Below, one piece after another: positions 29,092 through 38,753 of a DNA stretch of 64,000 nucleotides. Numbering within the stretch: the stretch's first letter is position 1; every line of letters begins with the position of its first letter. This stretch comes from Myxococcota bacterium. GTDB lineage: Bacteria; Myxococcota_A; UBA9160; JAFDDA01. The notes under the pieces were generated by a model. It did not search any database. It saw nothing but the letters and a program-made list of their open reading frames with translations, and was not told the DNA's origin. The translations under genes and the position numbers were made by a program. The stretch spans positions 3,744,001-3,808,000 of the forward strand of contig OZ245817.1 in NCBI GenBank assembly GCA_965228475.1. The letters run 5' to 3'.

Positions 29092-31020
29092 ATGAAGGTT
29101 CGCCAGGAACCCCTCGCGGCCGGCCCGGAGCCGGTCCGCCTGACCCCCGAGCACGACTACCGCGTGCGCCGGCTTCCGCTCGCCTGGTACGTCGAGCGCA
29201 TCCGGCGCCGCGACTACTTCTCGTACACGAAGATCAACCACCGCTTCTGGGAGCTCGAGGCGGAGCTCCACCGCAACCCGCCCGGGCGAAGCCCCGAGGC
29301 GCGCGCTGCCGCCGATCATGCCCTGGGCCGGGTCGCCTACCTCGAGACGGGCTTCCGCGAAGAACTCCTCGCCGACCTCGGAACGCTCCCCCTCGAAGAC
29401 CCGAGCCTGGTCTTCGCGACCAGCCACGAGGGCTACCCCGGCTCGTGCCGCCTGGAGGGCGCGACGCCGGACCCGGCCGCCATCTTCGCCGTCATGAATC
29501 GCCTCCTGCCGCGTGGGCTGGTTCCGCACGACGGCATGCTCTTCAAGCGCGCCACGATCTCGGGCGAGATTCTCGCCTTCTACCGCGCGCTCCGGGATCT
29601 GCCGCTGCTCGTGGTGGGGCCCGAGTGGCTCTCGGCCCTCGCCGGGCGCTTCGATCTGCCGAACGCGACCCACCTGGCCATTCCGAGCCGCGAGGCCCGC
29701 GCGGAACGCTGGGAACTGCTCGAGCGGATTGCCGCGGCACGCGAGGCCATCGGTGCGGAAACCCCGGCCGCCGTGATCTTCGAAGCCGGCACGCTCGCAC
29801 CGTGGCTGATCCGCCGGCTGCACGGCCGGGTGGACCACACGTTCTTGATCGACGTCGGCCGGCCGCTCGACGTCTGCCGCCCGGCCATCGTCTTCCGTCA
29901 CAACTGGGCGCGCGTCTTCCGGCGCGAGCTGGCCGAGAACCTCGGCGTGATCGACCCGCGCGTCCGCGACTCCCGCTCGTACTTCGCGGGGGGTTCCAAC
30001 GCGAGCGCAGCGTCGAAGATCTCCTCCAGCGCGAAGCCGTCGGAGATCGAGCGCTTCGAGCGTGAGGGCGCCGAGCTCCTCGAGCTCCCGGACGAGACGC
30101 GCCTCGTCGCCACGGCCTCGGGCCCGGCGGCGCTCCGCACCCTGACCCGGCTCGAGACCCTCCGGACGGGAAAGCCGCTGCGTTGGGTGGCTCCGGCCTG
30201 GATGGACTCGAAGGCAGCCACCGTCAGCGCGATCGCGCGGGCTCGTCGGCTCGATACGGACGCCCGCGGCCTGCTCGACGCCCGCGCCCTCGCCGGGCTC
30301 GACCCGAACGCCTGGCACGGCGCCATCGTGTCGGACCCCTTTGGCCTCGCCGAAAGCTTCGAACCCGTCGCCCGGGTCTGCCGCCGCTTCGGCAAGAGTC
30401 TCGTGGTCGAGGGCTTCGCCGCCTTCGACGCGATCCGCAGGCGCCGCACCGGTCGGCTCCCGGAAGCACTGTGTCTCGATGTGGAACGTCCCTGGGGCGC
30501 CGCCGCACTGGGCCTCATGGCGGTCTCCCTCGAAGACGAAGCGAGCGCCCGGGAGCTCGTCGCCGGCGGCGGAAACGCCACGCCGTGCCCCGCCTCGGAG
30601 GCAGCCGTCCTCGCCGTTCGTGAGCGCCTCCTCGACCTGACCCAGGAAGGCACGCGACGGCACCTGCAGTACAAGCGGCTCGCCGGCTTCGCCGCCGAAC
30701 TCGGCTGGACCGTGCTCGGCCCGCACTCGACCCTCGAACGCTGCGCCACGCCGAGCGCCATCCCGCTGCTCGCGCCGGGCCCGCTCGACCCCGGCGCCTT
30801 CCGCATGGGACGCCTCGGCCTTCAGCCGGCCGCGCCCGCTCCCGGCCGGGGCGGCAGCGTCGCCGACTCGCTCCACGCTCGGCTCCTGCGCGTGCCCTGC
30901 GACGCGCGCCTCGAGCAGTTCTCGAACGACGAGATCCGCGCCGAGCTCCGCGCCGCCCTGCCCCGCGTCCGGACCATCCCGCGCGTCCGCGCGGTGTCCG
31001 CCGCGCGAGCCGGACTGTGA
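29092..31020 (+). CDS. Two-domain protein: N-terminal domain of uncertain function (possibly GT-D-like), C-terminal degenerate DegT/DnrJ PLP-aminotransferase-like domain
   Basis: C-half has DegT-like layout (ERFE...ATASGPAAL...DPFGL...VVEGFAA...ERPWG...LRVPC) without a clear catalytic Lys or Asp; N-half FSYTKINH...LLVVGP...FEAGTLA...IDVGRPLD. Confidence 0.55.
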   Translation: MKVRQEPLAAGPEPVRLTPEHDYRVRRLPLAWYVERIRRRDYFSYTKINHRFWELEAELHRNPPGRSPEARAAADHALGRVAYLETGFREELLADLGTLPLEDPSLVFATSHEGYPGSCRLEGATPDPAAIFAVMNRLLPRGLVPHDGMLFKRATISGEILAFYRALRDLPLLVVGPEWLSALAGRFDLPNATHLAIPSREARAERWELLERIAAAREAIGAETPAAVIFEAGTLAPWLIRRLHGRVDHTFLIDVGRPLDVCRPAIVFRHNWARVFRRELAENLGVIDPRVRDSRSYFAGGSNASAASKISSSAKPSEIERFEREGAELLELPDETRLVATASGPAALRTLTRLETLRTGKPLRWVAPAWMDSKAATVSAIARARRLDTDARGLLDARALAGLDPNAWHGAIVSDPFGLAESFEPVARVCRRFGKSLVVEGFAAFDAIRRRRTGRLPEALCLDVERPWGAAALGLMAVSLEDEASARELVAGGGNATPCPASEAAVLAVRERLLDLTQEGTRRHLQYKRLAGFAAELGWTVLGPHSTLERCATPSAIPLLAPGPLDPGAFRMGRLGLQPAAPAPGRGGSVADSLHARLLRVPCDARLEQFSNDEIRAELRAALPRVRTIPRVRAVSAARAGL

Positions 31021-32084
31021 CGAGCCCCGCCCATCCGCTCCCGCCCGCAACGCCCGTCGGCGCCCGGGCGCCTTCCCGGCGGAGCGCGGATTTCGAACGC
31101 AACCCGGCCCTCGATGCAGCCCTCGCCGAGCTGAACGGGCTCCTGGCCGAAACGCGAGGCCAAACCCTCGAGCGCCATCGCATGCCGCGCCACCCGGTCG
31201 TCCTGCTCGTCGGCTGTCCGCGCTCGGGGACCACGCTCTTCACGCAATGGCTCGCGCGTTCGGGCCGGTTCGCCTACCCGACGAACCTGATGGCCCGCTT
31301 CTACGAAGCGCCGGCCGTCGGCGCGTGGGTCCAGCGCATCCTGACCGACCCGGCCCTCCGTTTCCGCGACGAGTTCGACGACGTCGGAAGCGCCTTCGGC
31401 CAGGAGCCCTTCCGCTCGAACCTCGGCAAGACGCGGGGCGTCCTCGCACCGAACGTGTTCTGGCACTTCTGGCGGCGCTTCTTCCCGGAGGGCCCGACCC
31501 ACGCGCTCTCCGAGGATGCGCTCGCGCAGGTCGACGGGAAGGGCTTCGCGGCGGAGCTCGCCGCGATCGAGTCGGTCTTCGAGCGTCCGGTCTCGATGAA
31601 GGCCATGTGGATCGACTGGAACATCCCCTTCGTCTCCTCCCTGCTCGAACGGGTGGTGTTCGTGAACCTCGTCCGCTCGCCCTTCTACGCCGTTCAGTCG
31701 GTGATCGAAGCCCGCGAACGCTTCTGCGGCGATCGCGCGGGGTGGTGGTCCTTCCGGCCGCCCGACTACGACGCCCTGCGCGCGCTCGACCCGATCCGCC
31801 AGGTCGTGGGCCAGATCGCGAGCATCCGCGGCGGCGTCGCGGAGGGGCTCGCTTCCCTTCCGCCCGAACGCGTGCTCGAGCTCGATTACGAGGTGTTCTG
31901 CGCCGACCCGCGCGCCGCCTGGCAGGGCCTCGCGGACCGCATGGGCCGGCAGGGCTTCGAGCTGGACACGTACGCCGGCCCCGAACGCTTCGAACATCGG
32001 GACCGTCGACGCCTCTCGGCCTCGGACAGCGACGCCGTCGTGCGCGCCTGGCGGGAACGAACCGGAGAGACCCTCGAACCATGA
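31017..32084 (+). CDS. Sulfotransferase family protein
   Basis: Intact 5'-PSB LVGCPRSGTTL, 3'-PB LVRSP...S, YEVFCADP; GTG overlaps the upstream stop. Confidence 0.88.
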   Translation: MTSPAHPLPPATPVGARAPSRRSADFERNPALDAALAELNGLLAETRGQTLERHRMPRHPVVLLVGCPRSGTTLFTQWLARSGRFAYPTNLMARFYEAPAVGAWVQRILTDPALRFRDEFDDVGSAFGQEPFRSNLGKTRGVLAPNVFWHFWRRFFPEGPTHALSEDALAQVDGKGFAAELAAIESVFERPVSMKAMWIDWNIPFVSSLLERVVFVNLVRSPFYAVQSVIEARERFCGDRAGWWSFRPPDYDALRALDPIRQVVGQIASIRGGVAEGLASLPPERVLELDYEVFCADPRAAWQGLADRMGRQGFELDTYAGPERFEHRDRRRLSASDSDAVVRAWRERTGETLEP

Positions 32085-32740
32085 GTGAACTGCAGCCCGT
32101 CGTGATCCTGGGCGCCGGCGCCCAGGGGCGCATCTCGGCCGAGACGTGCCTGGCGCTCGACCGGCCCGTCGCCGGATTCCTCGACGATACGCGCGAACCC
32201 GGCTCCCAGATCGACGGCTTCTCCGTGATCGGCGCCTTCGCCGAAGCGACCCGGTCCGAGGGGCTCGCCGACTGTGCCTTCCTCGTCGCGCTCGGCGACC
32301 CGGCGGCCCGCGTGGTCTCGAGCCAGGCCATCGAGTTCGCCGGGCGGAAGCTCACGACGCTCGTCCACCCCGATGCCCGCGTGTCGCGGACGGCGCGGGT
32401 CGGGCGCGGGAGCTTCGTGAACGCCTTCGCGACGATCTTCCCGGGGGCGACCGTCGGCCCCTTCGCGCTGATCGACAACCACGCGAGCGTCGGCGTCGAC
32501 AACCACCTCGGCGCGGGGGTGTTCGTCGGACCGGGCTGCCAGATCAACAGCGGCGTCCGCTGCGGAGAAGGCGTCTACCTGGGTTCGGGCGCGGTGCTGC
32601 TGCCCGGGGTGACCGTCGGATCGGGAGCCGTCGTGGGTGCGGGCTCGACCGTCGTGCGCGGGCTTCCCGCGGGCTGCGTCGCCGTCGGAACGCCGGCGCG
32701 GCCGCGACCGCAGCCGACCGAATCGCACACGACCCACTGA
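32081..32740 (+). CDS. NeuD/PglD-family sugar acetyltransferase (left-handed beta-helix)
   Basis: VILGAGAQGR, GFLDD, TLVHPDA, hexapeptide repeats, VAVGTPARP. Confidence 0.88.
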   Translation: MSELQPVVILGAGAQGRISAETCLALDRPVAGFLDDTREPGSQIDGFSVIGAFAEATRSEGLADCAFLVALGDPAARVVSSQAIEFAGRKLTTLVHPDARVSRTARVGRGSFVNAFATIFPGATVGPFALIDNHASVGVDNHLGAGVFVGPGCQINSGVRCGEGVYLGSGAVLLPGVTVGSGAVVGAGSTVVRGLPAGCVAVGTPARPRPQPTESHTTH

Positions 32741-32762
32741 TCGCGCCGCCCTGGGGCGAGCG

Positions 32763-34775
32763 TCAAGCGCCCTGCGGCGCCGCCAGCTCGCTTCGGCCCA
32801 CGAAGGCGTCGAGGGCCTCCGGGTTGCGCAGCGCCTTGCGGTTCGGAACCGCGCGCCCGTGGACGGACTCGCGAACCGCGAGCTCGGCGATCTTCCCGGT
32901 ATGGGTGTAGGGGACGTCGTCCACCTCGACGATGCAGGCCGGAACGTGGCGGGGCGTCGCCGCATCGCGGATGGCGCGGCGGATCTCGCTCTCGAGTGCG
33001 GCGTCGAGCCCATGGCCCGGCGCGAGCTTCACGAACAGCACGACGCGCACGTCCTCCTTCCACTCCTGGGCGATCGCGACGCTGTCTTCGACCGCCTCGA
33101 GGCGGTTCACCGGGCGGTAGAGCTCGGCCGTCCCGATGCGGATGCCTCCCGGCTTGAGCGTCGCGTCGGAGCGCCCGTGGATCAGGAAGCCGCCGCTCGG
33201 CCCCCAACCGGCCCAGTCGCCGTGGTGCCAGGTGCCCGGGAAGCGTTCGAGGTAGGCCGCGCGAAAGCGCGCCCCGGTCGGATCGTTCCAGAAGCCGAGG
33301 GGCACCGAGGGGAAGGCCTGGCTGCAGACGAGTTCGCCGGAGCCGGTCGCCCTGGGCTTCCCGGCGTCGTCGAAGACTTCGACCTGCATGCCGAGGGCCG
33401 GGACCTGGAGTTCGCCGCGATGGACCGGCCCGGTCGGGTCGCCGGTGGCGAAACAGGTCATGACCTCGGTGCCACCGGAGATCGAGGAGAGGCAGACGTC
33501 GGGTTTCACCTTCTCGTAGACGAAATCGAAGGCGTGTCCGGGTAGCGGCGAGCCCGTCGAGAGGACCGCGCGCAGGTTCGAGAGATCGTGGTGTTCCCCC
33601 GGGCGGGCGCCGCTGCGCCGGAGCCGCTCGAGATAGGCCGGCGACGTCCCGAAGTGCGTGACGCCTTCGGCGGCCGCCATGTGGAAGAGGATCTCCTCGA
33701 CGGGATGGAACGGCGAGCCGTCGTAGAGCACGGCGGTCGCCTCGACGGCCAGGGCCGTCACGAGCCAGTACCACATGTTCCAGCCGGTCGTGGTGAACTG
33801 GAAGAACCGATCGTGGGGCTTCAGGTCGTAGTGGAGCACGTGCTCCTTCATGAGCTGGAGCAACACGCCGCCCTGACCGTGCAGGATGCACTTGGGTGGA
33901 CCGGTCGTACCCGAAGTGAAGAAGACGAAGGCGGGATGGTCGAACGGCAGCCGCTCCGCGTCGAGGTGGAGGGCCGGGTGGTCCGCCAGGAAGCGTTCGA
34001 GGCCGACCTCGCCCGGGAGGCCGGCCGGTTCGCCGACCGAGATCGTGTGTTCGAGCGTCGGGAGCCGGGCTGCGAGGCCACGCAGCATCTCGCGGCGGTC
34101 GTGGAGATTCCCTTTGTAGAGCGAGGAAGCCTGGGCGAACAGGACCCGGGGCTCGAGCGGAGCGAAGCGCTCGGCCAGGGCTTCCGCGCCGAAGTCCGGC
34201 GAAGCCACGGACCAGATCGCGCCGACGGCGTTGGTCGCGAGCATGGCGACCATGGCGTCCGCCTGGTTCGGCAGGACGCCCACCACCCGGTCTCCGCGCC
34301 CGACGCCCATCGCGCGCAGGCCCTTCGCCGCGCGGGCGGTGCGTTCGTGGAGGGCCCGCCAGGAGACCACTTCCCGGCCGCGGTCCTCGCGCCAGCCGAT
34401 GAGGGCCGGGGATTCGTCGCGACGGCGCAGGACGTTCTCTGCAAAGGAGAGCCGCGTGCCGGGGAACCAGCGGCAGCGGGCGATGCTGCGCACGTCGGTC
34501 GCGACGCGTGCATCGTCGCGATCCGCGACGAGGCCGAGCCAGTCGAACAGGAAGCGCCAGAAGTGCTCCGGCTCGGACAGGGAGAAGCGGTGCAGGCTCG
34601 CGTAGTCGGGCAACGAAACGCCGGAATCGGCTTCGAGGCCCAGGCGGAACGACGTCAGGTGTGCGAGGGAGGCCCGGCGCTCGGTCGGCGCCCAGAGGCG
34701 CTCTCCGAGCCCGCCCGCGCGCGAGCGCTTCGCGGCCACCGCGCCACCGCCGCGGCTAGCACTCGCGGGCGTCAT
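32763..34775 (-). CDS. Acetoacetate--CoA ligase
   Basis: FTSGTTGPPKCILHGQGG, FTTTGWNMW, SISGGTE, WHHGDW, GRSDATLKPGGIRIGTAE, TGKIAE. Confidence 0.92.
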   Translation of the reverse strand: MTPASASRGGGAVAAKRSRAGGLGERLWAPTERRASLAHLTSFRLGLEADSGVSLPDYASLHRFSLSEPEHFWRFLFDWLGLVADRDDARVATDVRSIARCRWFPGTRLSFAENVLRRRDESPALIGWREDRGREVVSWRALHERTARAAKGLRAMGVGRGDRVVGVLPNQADAMVAMLATNAVGAIWSVASPDFGAEALAERFAPLEPRVLFAQASSLYKGNLHDRREMLRGLAARLPTLEHTISVGEPAGLPGEVGLERFLADHPALHLDAERLPFDHPAFVFFTSGTTGPPKCILHGQGGVLLQLMKEHVLHYDLKPHDRFFQFTTTGWNMWYWLVTALAVEATAVLYDGSPFHPVEEILFHMAAAEGVTHFGTSPAYLERLRRSGARPGEHHDLSNLRAVLSTGSPLPGHAFDFVYEKVKPDVCLSSISGGTEVMTCFATGDPTGPVHRGELQVPALGMQVEVFDDAGKPRATGSGELVCSQAFPSVPLGFWNDPTGARFRAAYLERFPGTWHHGDWAGWGPSGGFLIHGRSDATLKPGGIRIGTAELYRPVNRLEAVEDSVAIAQEWKEDVRVVLFVKLAPGHGLDAALESEIRRAIRDAATPRHVPACIVEVDDVPYTHTGKIAELAVRESVHGRAVPNRKALRNPEALDAFVGRSELAAPQGA

Positions 34776-34792
34776 GGGAGCGGTGTGTTTCC

Positions 34793-35545
34793 CTAGCGCG
34801 TCCGAATCGCATCGATCTGCGAAGCGGAGACGCCGTCGACGACGGTGCGGTTGATCATCGGGTGGATCTCGTCGGTCGGCCCGTAGTCGCTGTCGGGGTG
34901 GTACGCGATCACGACCATGTCGGAGCCACGCAGCGTGCGGAACTTGTGACGCCCCTCGGCGTGGATGCGGAAGATCTTCCCGGCTTCGAGCTTCTCGACG
35001 CCGTCCGGCGTCACGCAATCGCCGCGGCCCCAGAGGATCAGGCCGATCCGGTCCGAAGGATGCGTGTGCGCGGTCTGGTCGATGCCTTCCGGGAAGTAGA
35101 GCAGGTTCAGGCACGGGTCGCCGAGCTTGATCGGCGCGACGAGCAGGGAGTCCGTGCAGCCGTCGATGTACTTGAGCCGGCCGCCGCGCTCGACGGGGCC
35201 ACCGACCTGGAAGAAGCTCTCGTGACCGACGCGGGTCATGGCGATGCCGCGTCCACCGCGGACCTCGCCTTCGCCCGGCACCGAGAAGTACATGCCTTCG
35301 CAGAGCTCGAAGCGGCCCTGGGGCACCTCGAGCACGGCACCGCCCTCCGCGACGAATCCGAAGTGCGAGCCGTTCGGCGAGAGGGCGAGCGGCGCCTCGT
35401 CCCAGGCGGACAGGACGCTCGGAAAGTTCGGGTCGCAGTCGGCGAGCTGCCCGGTCTGCCATTCGTAGGAGGAGAAGGCGGTGCGGGGGCCGCGGTTGCG
35501 GCGCGAGGCGGGAAGCGGCGTGGCGGGCGTGGTCTGGGTGTTCAT
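34793..35545 (-). CDS. Cupin-domain protein of unknown function
   Basis: QTAHTHPSDRIG...GRHKFRT metal-binding cupin motifs; probable ATG 35545. Confidence 0.75.
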   Translation of the reverse strand: MNTQTTPATPLPASRRNRGPRTAFSSYEWQTGQLADCDPNFPSVLSAWDEAPLALSPNGSHFGFVAEGGAVLEVPQGRFELCEGMYFSVPGEGEVRGGRGIAMTRVGHESFFQVGGPVERGGRLKYIDGCTDSLLVAPIKLGDPCLNLLYFPEGIDQTAHTHPSDRIGLILWGRGDCVTPDGVEKLEAGKIFRIHAEGRHKFRTLRGSDMVVIAYHPDSDYGPTDEIHPMINRTVVDGVSASQIDAIRTR

Positions 35546-35778
35546 GACTTTCTCCGTCGGGCCGCCTGGATCCGGTCGCGGGCGGCGCTTCGATGACGCG
35601 AATTCCGTCATGTGGATCGGTCGCCGGAGGCCGCGAGTTGAGCGCAAGGCCTCGGATTTGATCTTTGAAACCGGAGCGTTGGGGGCAAGCCCGCACGCCG
35701 CCTGCGGCGAACGTGCGAGCCGGGTGCTCGGGGTTTCCCCCTAGCCGGGGGCGGCCACGCCGTGGGCGCGTCGGATGC

Positions 35779-37449
35779 CTAGGCGCGCAGCACCCGCCCG
35801 GGCAGCGCCTCGGACGCCCCGAGCACGTCGCTACCGGCGCGACGCAGGATGGTGCCGTTCACCACGACCGCCTCGATGCCCGTGGCGTCCGAGACGAGAC
35901 GGTCGGCACCTGCCGGGAAGTCGTGGACGCGGCGCAGCGGGGTACACCCGACCGTGTCGGGGTCGAAGATCGCCACGTCCCCGGCCATGCCCGGCGCGAG
36001 GCGTCCGCGATCGGACAGCCCGAAGAGCTCCGCGGGCTGGGAGGTCAGTCGGCGCACGCCCTCCTCGAGCGGCATCGCGCGCCGCTCCCGAACCCAGTGG
36101 CCGAGCAGGTGCGTCGGCGCACAGGCGTCACAGAGCTGGCTCGCGTGGGCGCCGGCATCGCTCAGGCCGAGCACGCTGGCGGGATGCGTCAGGAGTTCCC
36201 CGACGACGTCTTCGTCGGTGTTGGCGACGGCCATGCGGAAGCGGGCCTCGAGATCGCTCTCGAGGGAGAGGTCGAGCACGAGGTCCGCCGGGTGGAGGCC
36301 CCGTTCCTCCGCGACCTCGGCGAGGTTGCGCTCCGCGAGTTCCTCCTGGCCGGGCACCGCCGAGATCGTCGTCTCCTCCCAGGCGCCGGCGAGGAGACCG
36401 CCGCTGCCCTTCTCGCGGAAGTCCGCGCGGAAGGCGGGGTCGGCGTAGATCGCCTTGCGGCCCTCGAGGTCCGCGGCCGAGACCGGCTCGAAGATGCCGA
36501 GGCTCTGGAAGGGAAACGGCGCCTTCATCTGGTACTCGGTCATGAGCGGGCGGCAGGAGACCTGGGGCCAGACGGGTGCGCCGGACTGCTGGAGCTTCTC
36601 GCACTTCTCGAGAATGCTGCGGTGGCCGTCCGCACCGAACATGCCGGCGAGCAGCGCCGTCCAGGTGACCGGGCGCCCCGTCGCCCGGGCGAAGCGCTCG
36701 AACGGTTCGAGGAACAGGCCGCGGCCGACCGTCGCCTGGAAGACGCCGCGCCCGGCCTCGCCGAGACACCCGACGAGCGTCTCGATCTCTTCGATGCTCG
36801 CGGCTCGGCTCGGCACCGGCTTGCCCGCGTAGCCGACGTGGGTCGGCGCCTTCGAGGTCGCGAAGCCGACGGCGCCCGCCTCGAGGGCTTCGGCCACGCC
36901 GCGTCGCATCGTTTCGATCTCGTCCGGCGTCGCCTCGCGCTCGGTGGCGTCCTCGCCCATGGCGTGGAGGCGCAGCGGCGTATGGCCGACGAGGGCGGCG
37001 AAGTTGACGGCGGTCCCGCGCGCTTCGACGGCGTCGAGATACTCGGGGAAGGTTTCGAAGGGCCACTCTTCTCCGACGCCTTCCCGCAGCGCGGCCAGGG
37101 ACATCCCCTCCACGTTCTCGAGCGTGCGCAGGATGAGGTCCCGGTGGGCGGCGCGCGTCGGCGCGATGCCGAAGCCACAGTTGCCGACGACGACGGTCGT
37201 CACGCCGTGCCACGGCGAGATCGTGAGCATGCGGTCCCAGAGCACCTGGGCGTCGTAGTGGGTGTGGATGTCGACGAAGCCCGGTGCGACGGCATGACCC
37301 GCGGCGTCGACCACCTCGGCCGCCTCTCCCGGAAGCTCCGGCTCGATGGCCGCGATGCGGCCACCGGTGATGCCGACGTCGGCGCGGCGGGCCGGCGCAC
37401 CGGTCCCGTCGACGACGTCCCCGCCCCGGATCAAGAGGTCGAAACCCAT
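35779..37449 (-). CDS. N-acyl-D-amino-acid deacylase family amidohydrolase
   Basis: DLLIRGGDVVDGTG, PGFVDIHTHYD, GNCG, SDAGAH, GRLAPGMAGDVAIFD. Confidence 0.92.
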   Translation of the reverse strand: MGFDLLIRGGDVVDGTGAPARRADVGITGGRIAAIEPELPGEAAEVVDAAGHAVAPGFVDIHTHYDAQVLWDRMLTISPWHGVTTVVVGNCGFGIAPTRAAHRDLILRTLENVEGMSLAALREGVGEEWPFETFPEYLDAVEARGTAVNFAALVGHTPLRLHAMGEDATEREATPDEIETMRRGVAEALEAGAVGFATSKAPTHVGYAGKPVPSRAASIEEIETLVGCLGEAGRGVFQATVGRGLFLEPFERFARATGRPVTWTALLAGMFGADGHRSILEKCEKLQQSGAPVWPQVSCRPLMTEYQMKAPFPFQSLGIFEPVSAADLEGRKAIYADPAFRADFREKGSGGLLAGAWEETTISAVPGQEELAERNLAEVAEERGLHPADLVLDLSLESDLEARFRMAVANTDEDVVGELLTHPASVLGLSDAGAHASQLCDACAPTHLLGHWVRERRAMPLEEGVRRLTSQPAELFGLSDRGRLAPGMAGDVAIFDPDTVGCTPLRRVHDFPAGADRLVSDATGIEAVVVNGTILRRAGSDVLGASEALPGRVLRA

Positions 37450-37530
37450 GCGCACAGCCTCCCGGAGCCAGCCTACACGCCGCGGGACCGCCGAGGGAAG
37501 CATGGACCCCCCGATCCGGCGAAAGCCGGA

Positions 37531-37558
37531 TCGAACCGAGGCCCCTGCGCGCCGATGA
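37531..37558 (+). promoter_or_regulatory. Possible sigma-28-like promoter of the diguanylate cyclase
   Basis: TCGA-N16-GCCGATGA; the -35 overlaps a palindrome. Confidence 0.4.
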
Positions 37559-37600
37559 GGAAGTCGGGACGCCCGCGTTCCGACGGAGGCCCGAGACCCG

Positions 37601-38731
37601 ATGTTCTGGAAGCGCCGCGAAGCCCCCAAGGCCCAGCCGAAACCGTCTGCAGCGGCGCCCAGCGCGAAGGATGCAGCCCTCCTCGAGGCCGCCCTCGACG
37701 CCGTGGCCGACTTCCTGCGCGCCTACGGTTCCCACGGATTCGAGATCGAGCACTGGAACCCCGAGGATCTCGAGGCGCACTGCCAGGCCTGGGCACAGCA
37801 CCTGCTGGTCGGAACCCCGGAGCCCAACCGGACCCGGGTCGCCACCGCCGAAGCGCCTCCGCCGGGCCCGCCGCGCCGCAACTGGGCCGGGGCGCGGCGC
37901 TTCGTCTCCGAGCATCGCGAGGCGGAAGTGAGCGACGTGCAGGAGGGCATCGCGAGCATGCGCGACGCGCTCTGGGCCTTCATCCAGGCCCTCTCCCACA
38001 GCCTGCGCGACGACCGCTCGGGCGACGGTCAGCTCCTGCGACAGATGCACCGCCTGAAGAGCGCCGTCGACCAGAACCGCCCGGACGAGATCCGCTCCCA
38101 CGCACTCGAAGCCGTGGACCTCGTCCGCGACGTCGTCGAAGCGCGCAAGGGCCGGCAGAGCCGCCAGATGGAGGCGCTCGGCGCGCGGGTCGAGGAGATG
38201 CGCAGCCGCCTGAACCAGGCGCGCAAGGCCGCCTCCATCGACCCCTTGACCACGCTGTTCAACCGGGCCGCCTTCGACGAGCACGTGCAGCACGTCGCCG
38301 ATCTCGGCCAGGCGTTCGGGCGCTCGGCGTGCCTCGTGCTCGTCGACATCGACCACTTCAAGTGGCTGAACGACCGCTACGGACACCAGGCCGGCGACGC
38401 CGCGCTGCGCGCCCTCGGCGAATGTCTGAACCAGGTCTTCCTGCGCAAGGCGGACTTCGTCGCCCGCTACGGGGGCGAGGAGTTCGCCGTCGTGCTCGAC
38501 GCGGAAGAGATCGAGGGAGCCACCGTGGCGGCCGAGCGCATGCTCGAATCGATCCGCGCGATCGAGGTCGAACACGGCGACGAGCAGCTCCGCATCACCG
38601 CGTCGGCGGGGCTCTCCCGGCTCGTTCCCGGCGAGGACATCACCGGCTGGATCGAGCGGGCGGACCAGGCGCTCTACCGCGCCAAGGACGGCGGGCGCGA
38701 TCGGCTGGCCCTCGAGAACGAATCCGCCTGA
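37601..38731 (+). CDS. Cytoplasmic diguanylate cyclase (GGEEF) with RxxD I-site
   Basis: DPLTTLFNR, DIDHFK..ND.YGH..GD, RKADFVARYGGEEF; helical N-terminus. Confidence 0.95.
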   Translation: MFWKRREAPKAQPKPSAAAPSAKDAALLEAALDAVADFLRAYGSHGFEIEHWNPEDLEAHCQAWAQHLLVGTPEPNRTRVATAEAPPPGPPRRNWAGARRFVSEHREAEVSDVQEGIASMRDALWAFIQALSHSLRDDRSGDGQLLRQMHRLKSAVDQNRPDEIRSHALEAVDLVRDVVEARKGRQSRQMEALGARVEEMRSRLNQARKAASIDPLTTLFNRAAFDEHVQHVADLGQAFGRSACLVLVDIDHFKWLNDRYGHQAGDAALRALGECLNQVFLRKADFVARYGGEEFAVVLDAEEIEGATVAAERMLESIRAIEVEHGDEQLRITASAGLSRLVPGEDITGWIERADQALYRAKDGGRDRLALENESA

Positions 38732-38753
38732 CCCGCATTGCCGGAATGGCTCG

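Noticed and set aside
32763..35696. 977-aa ORF suggesting a cupin/acetoacetate-CoA ligase fusion or frameshift
   Set aside because: The N-terminal 300 aa is an off-frame read of the cupin gene; both genes have their own start and stop
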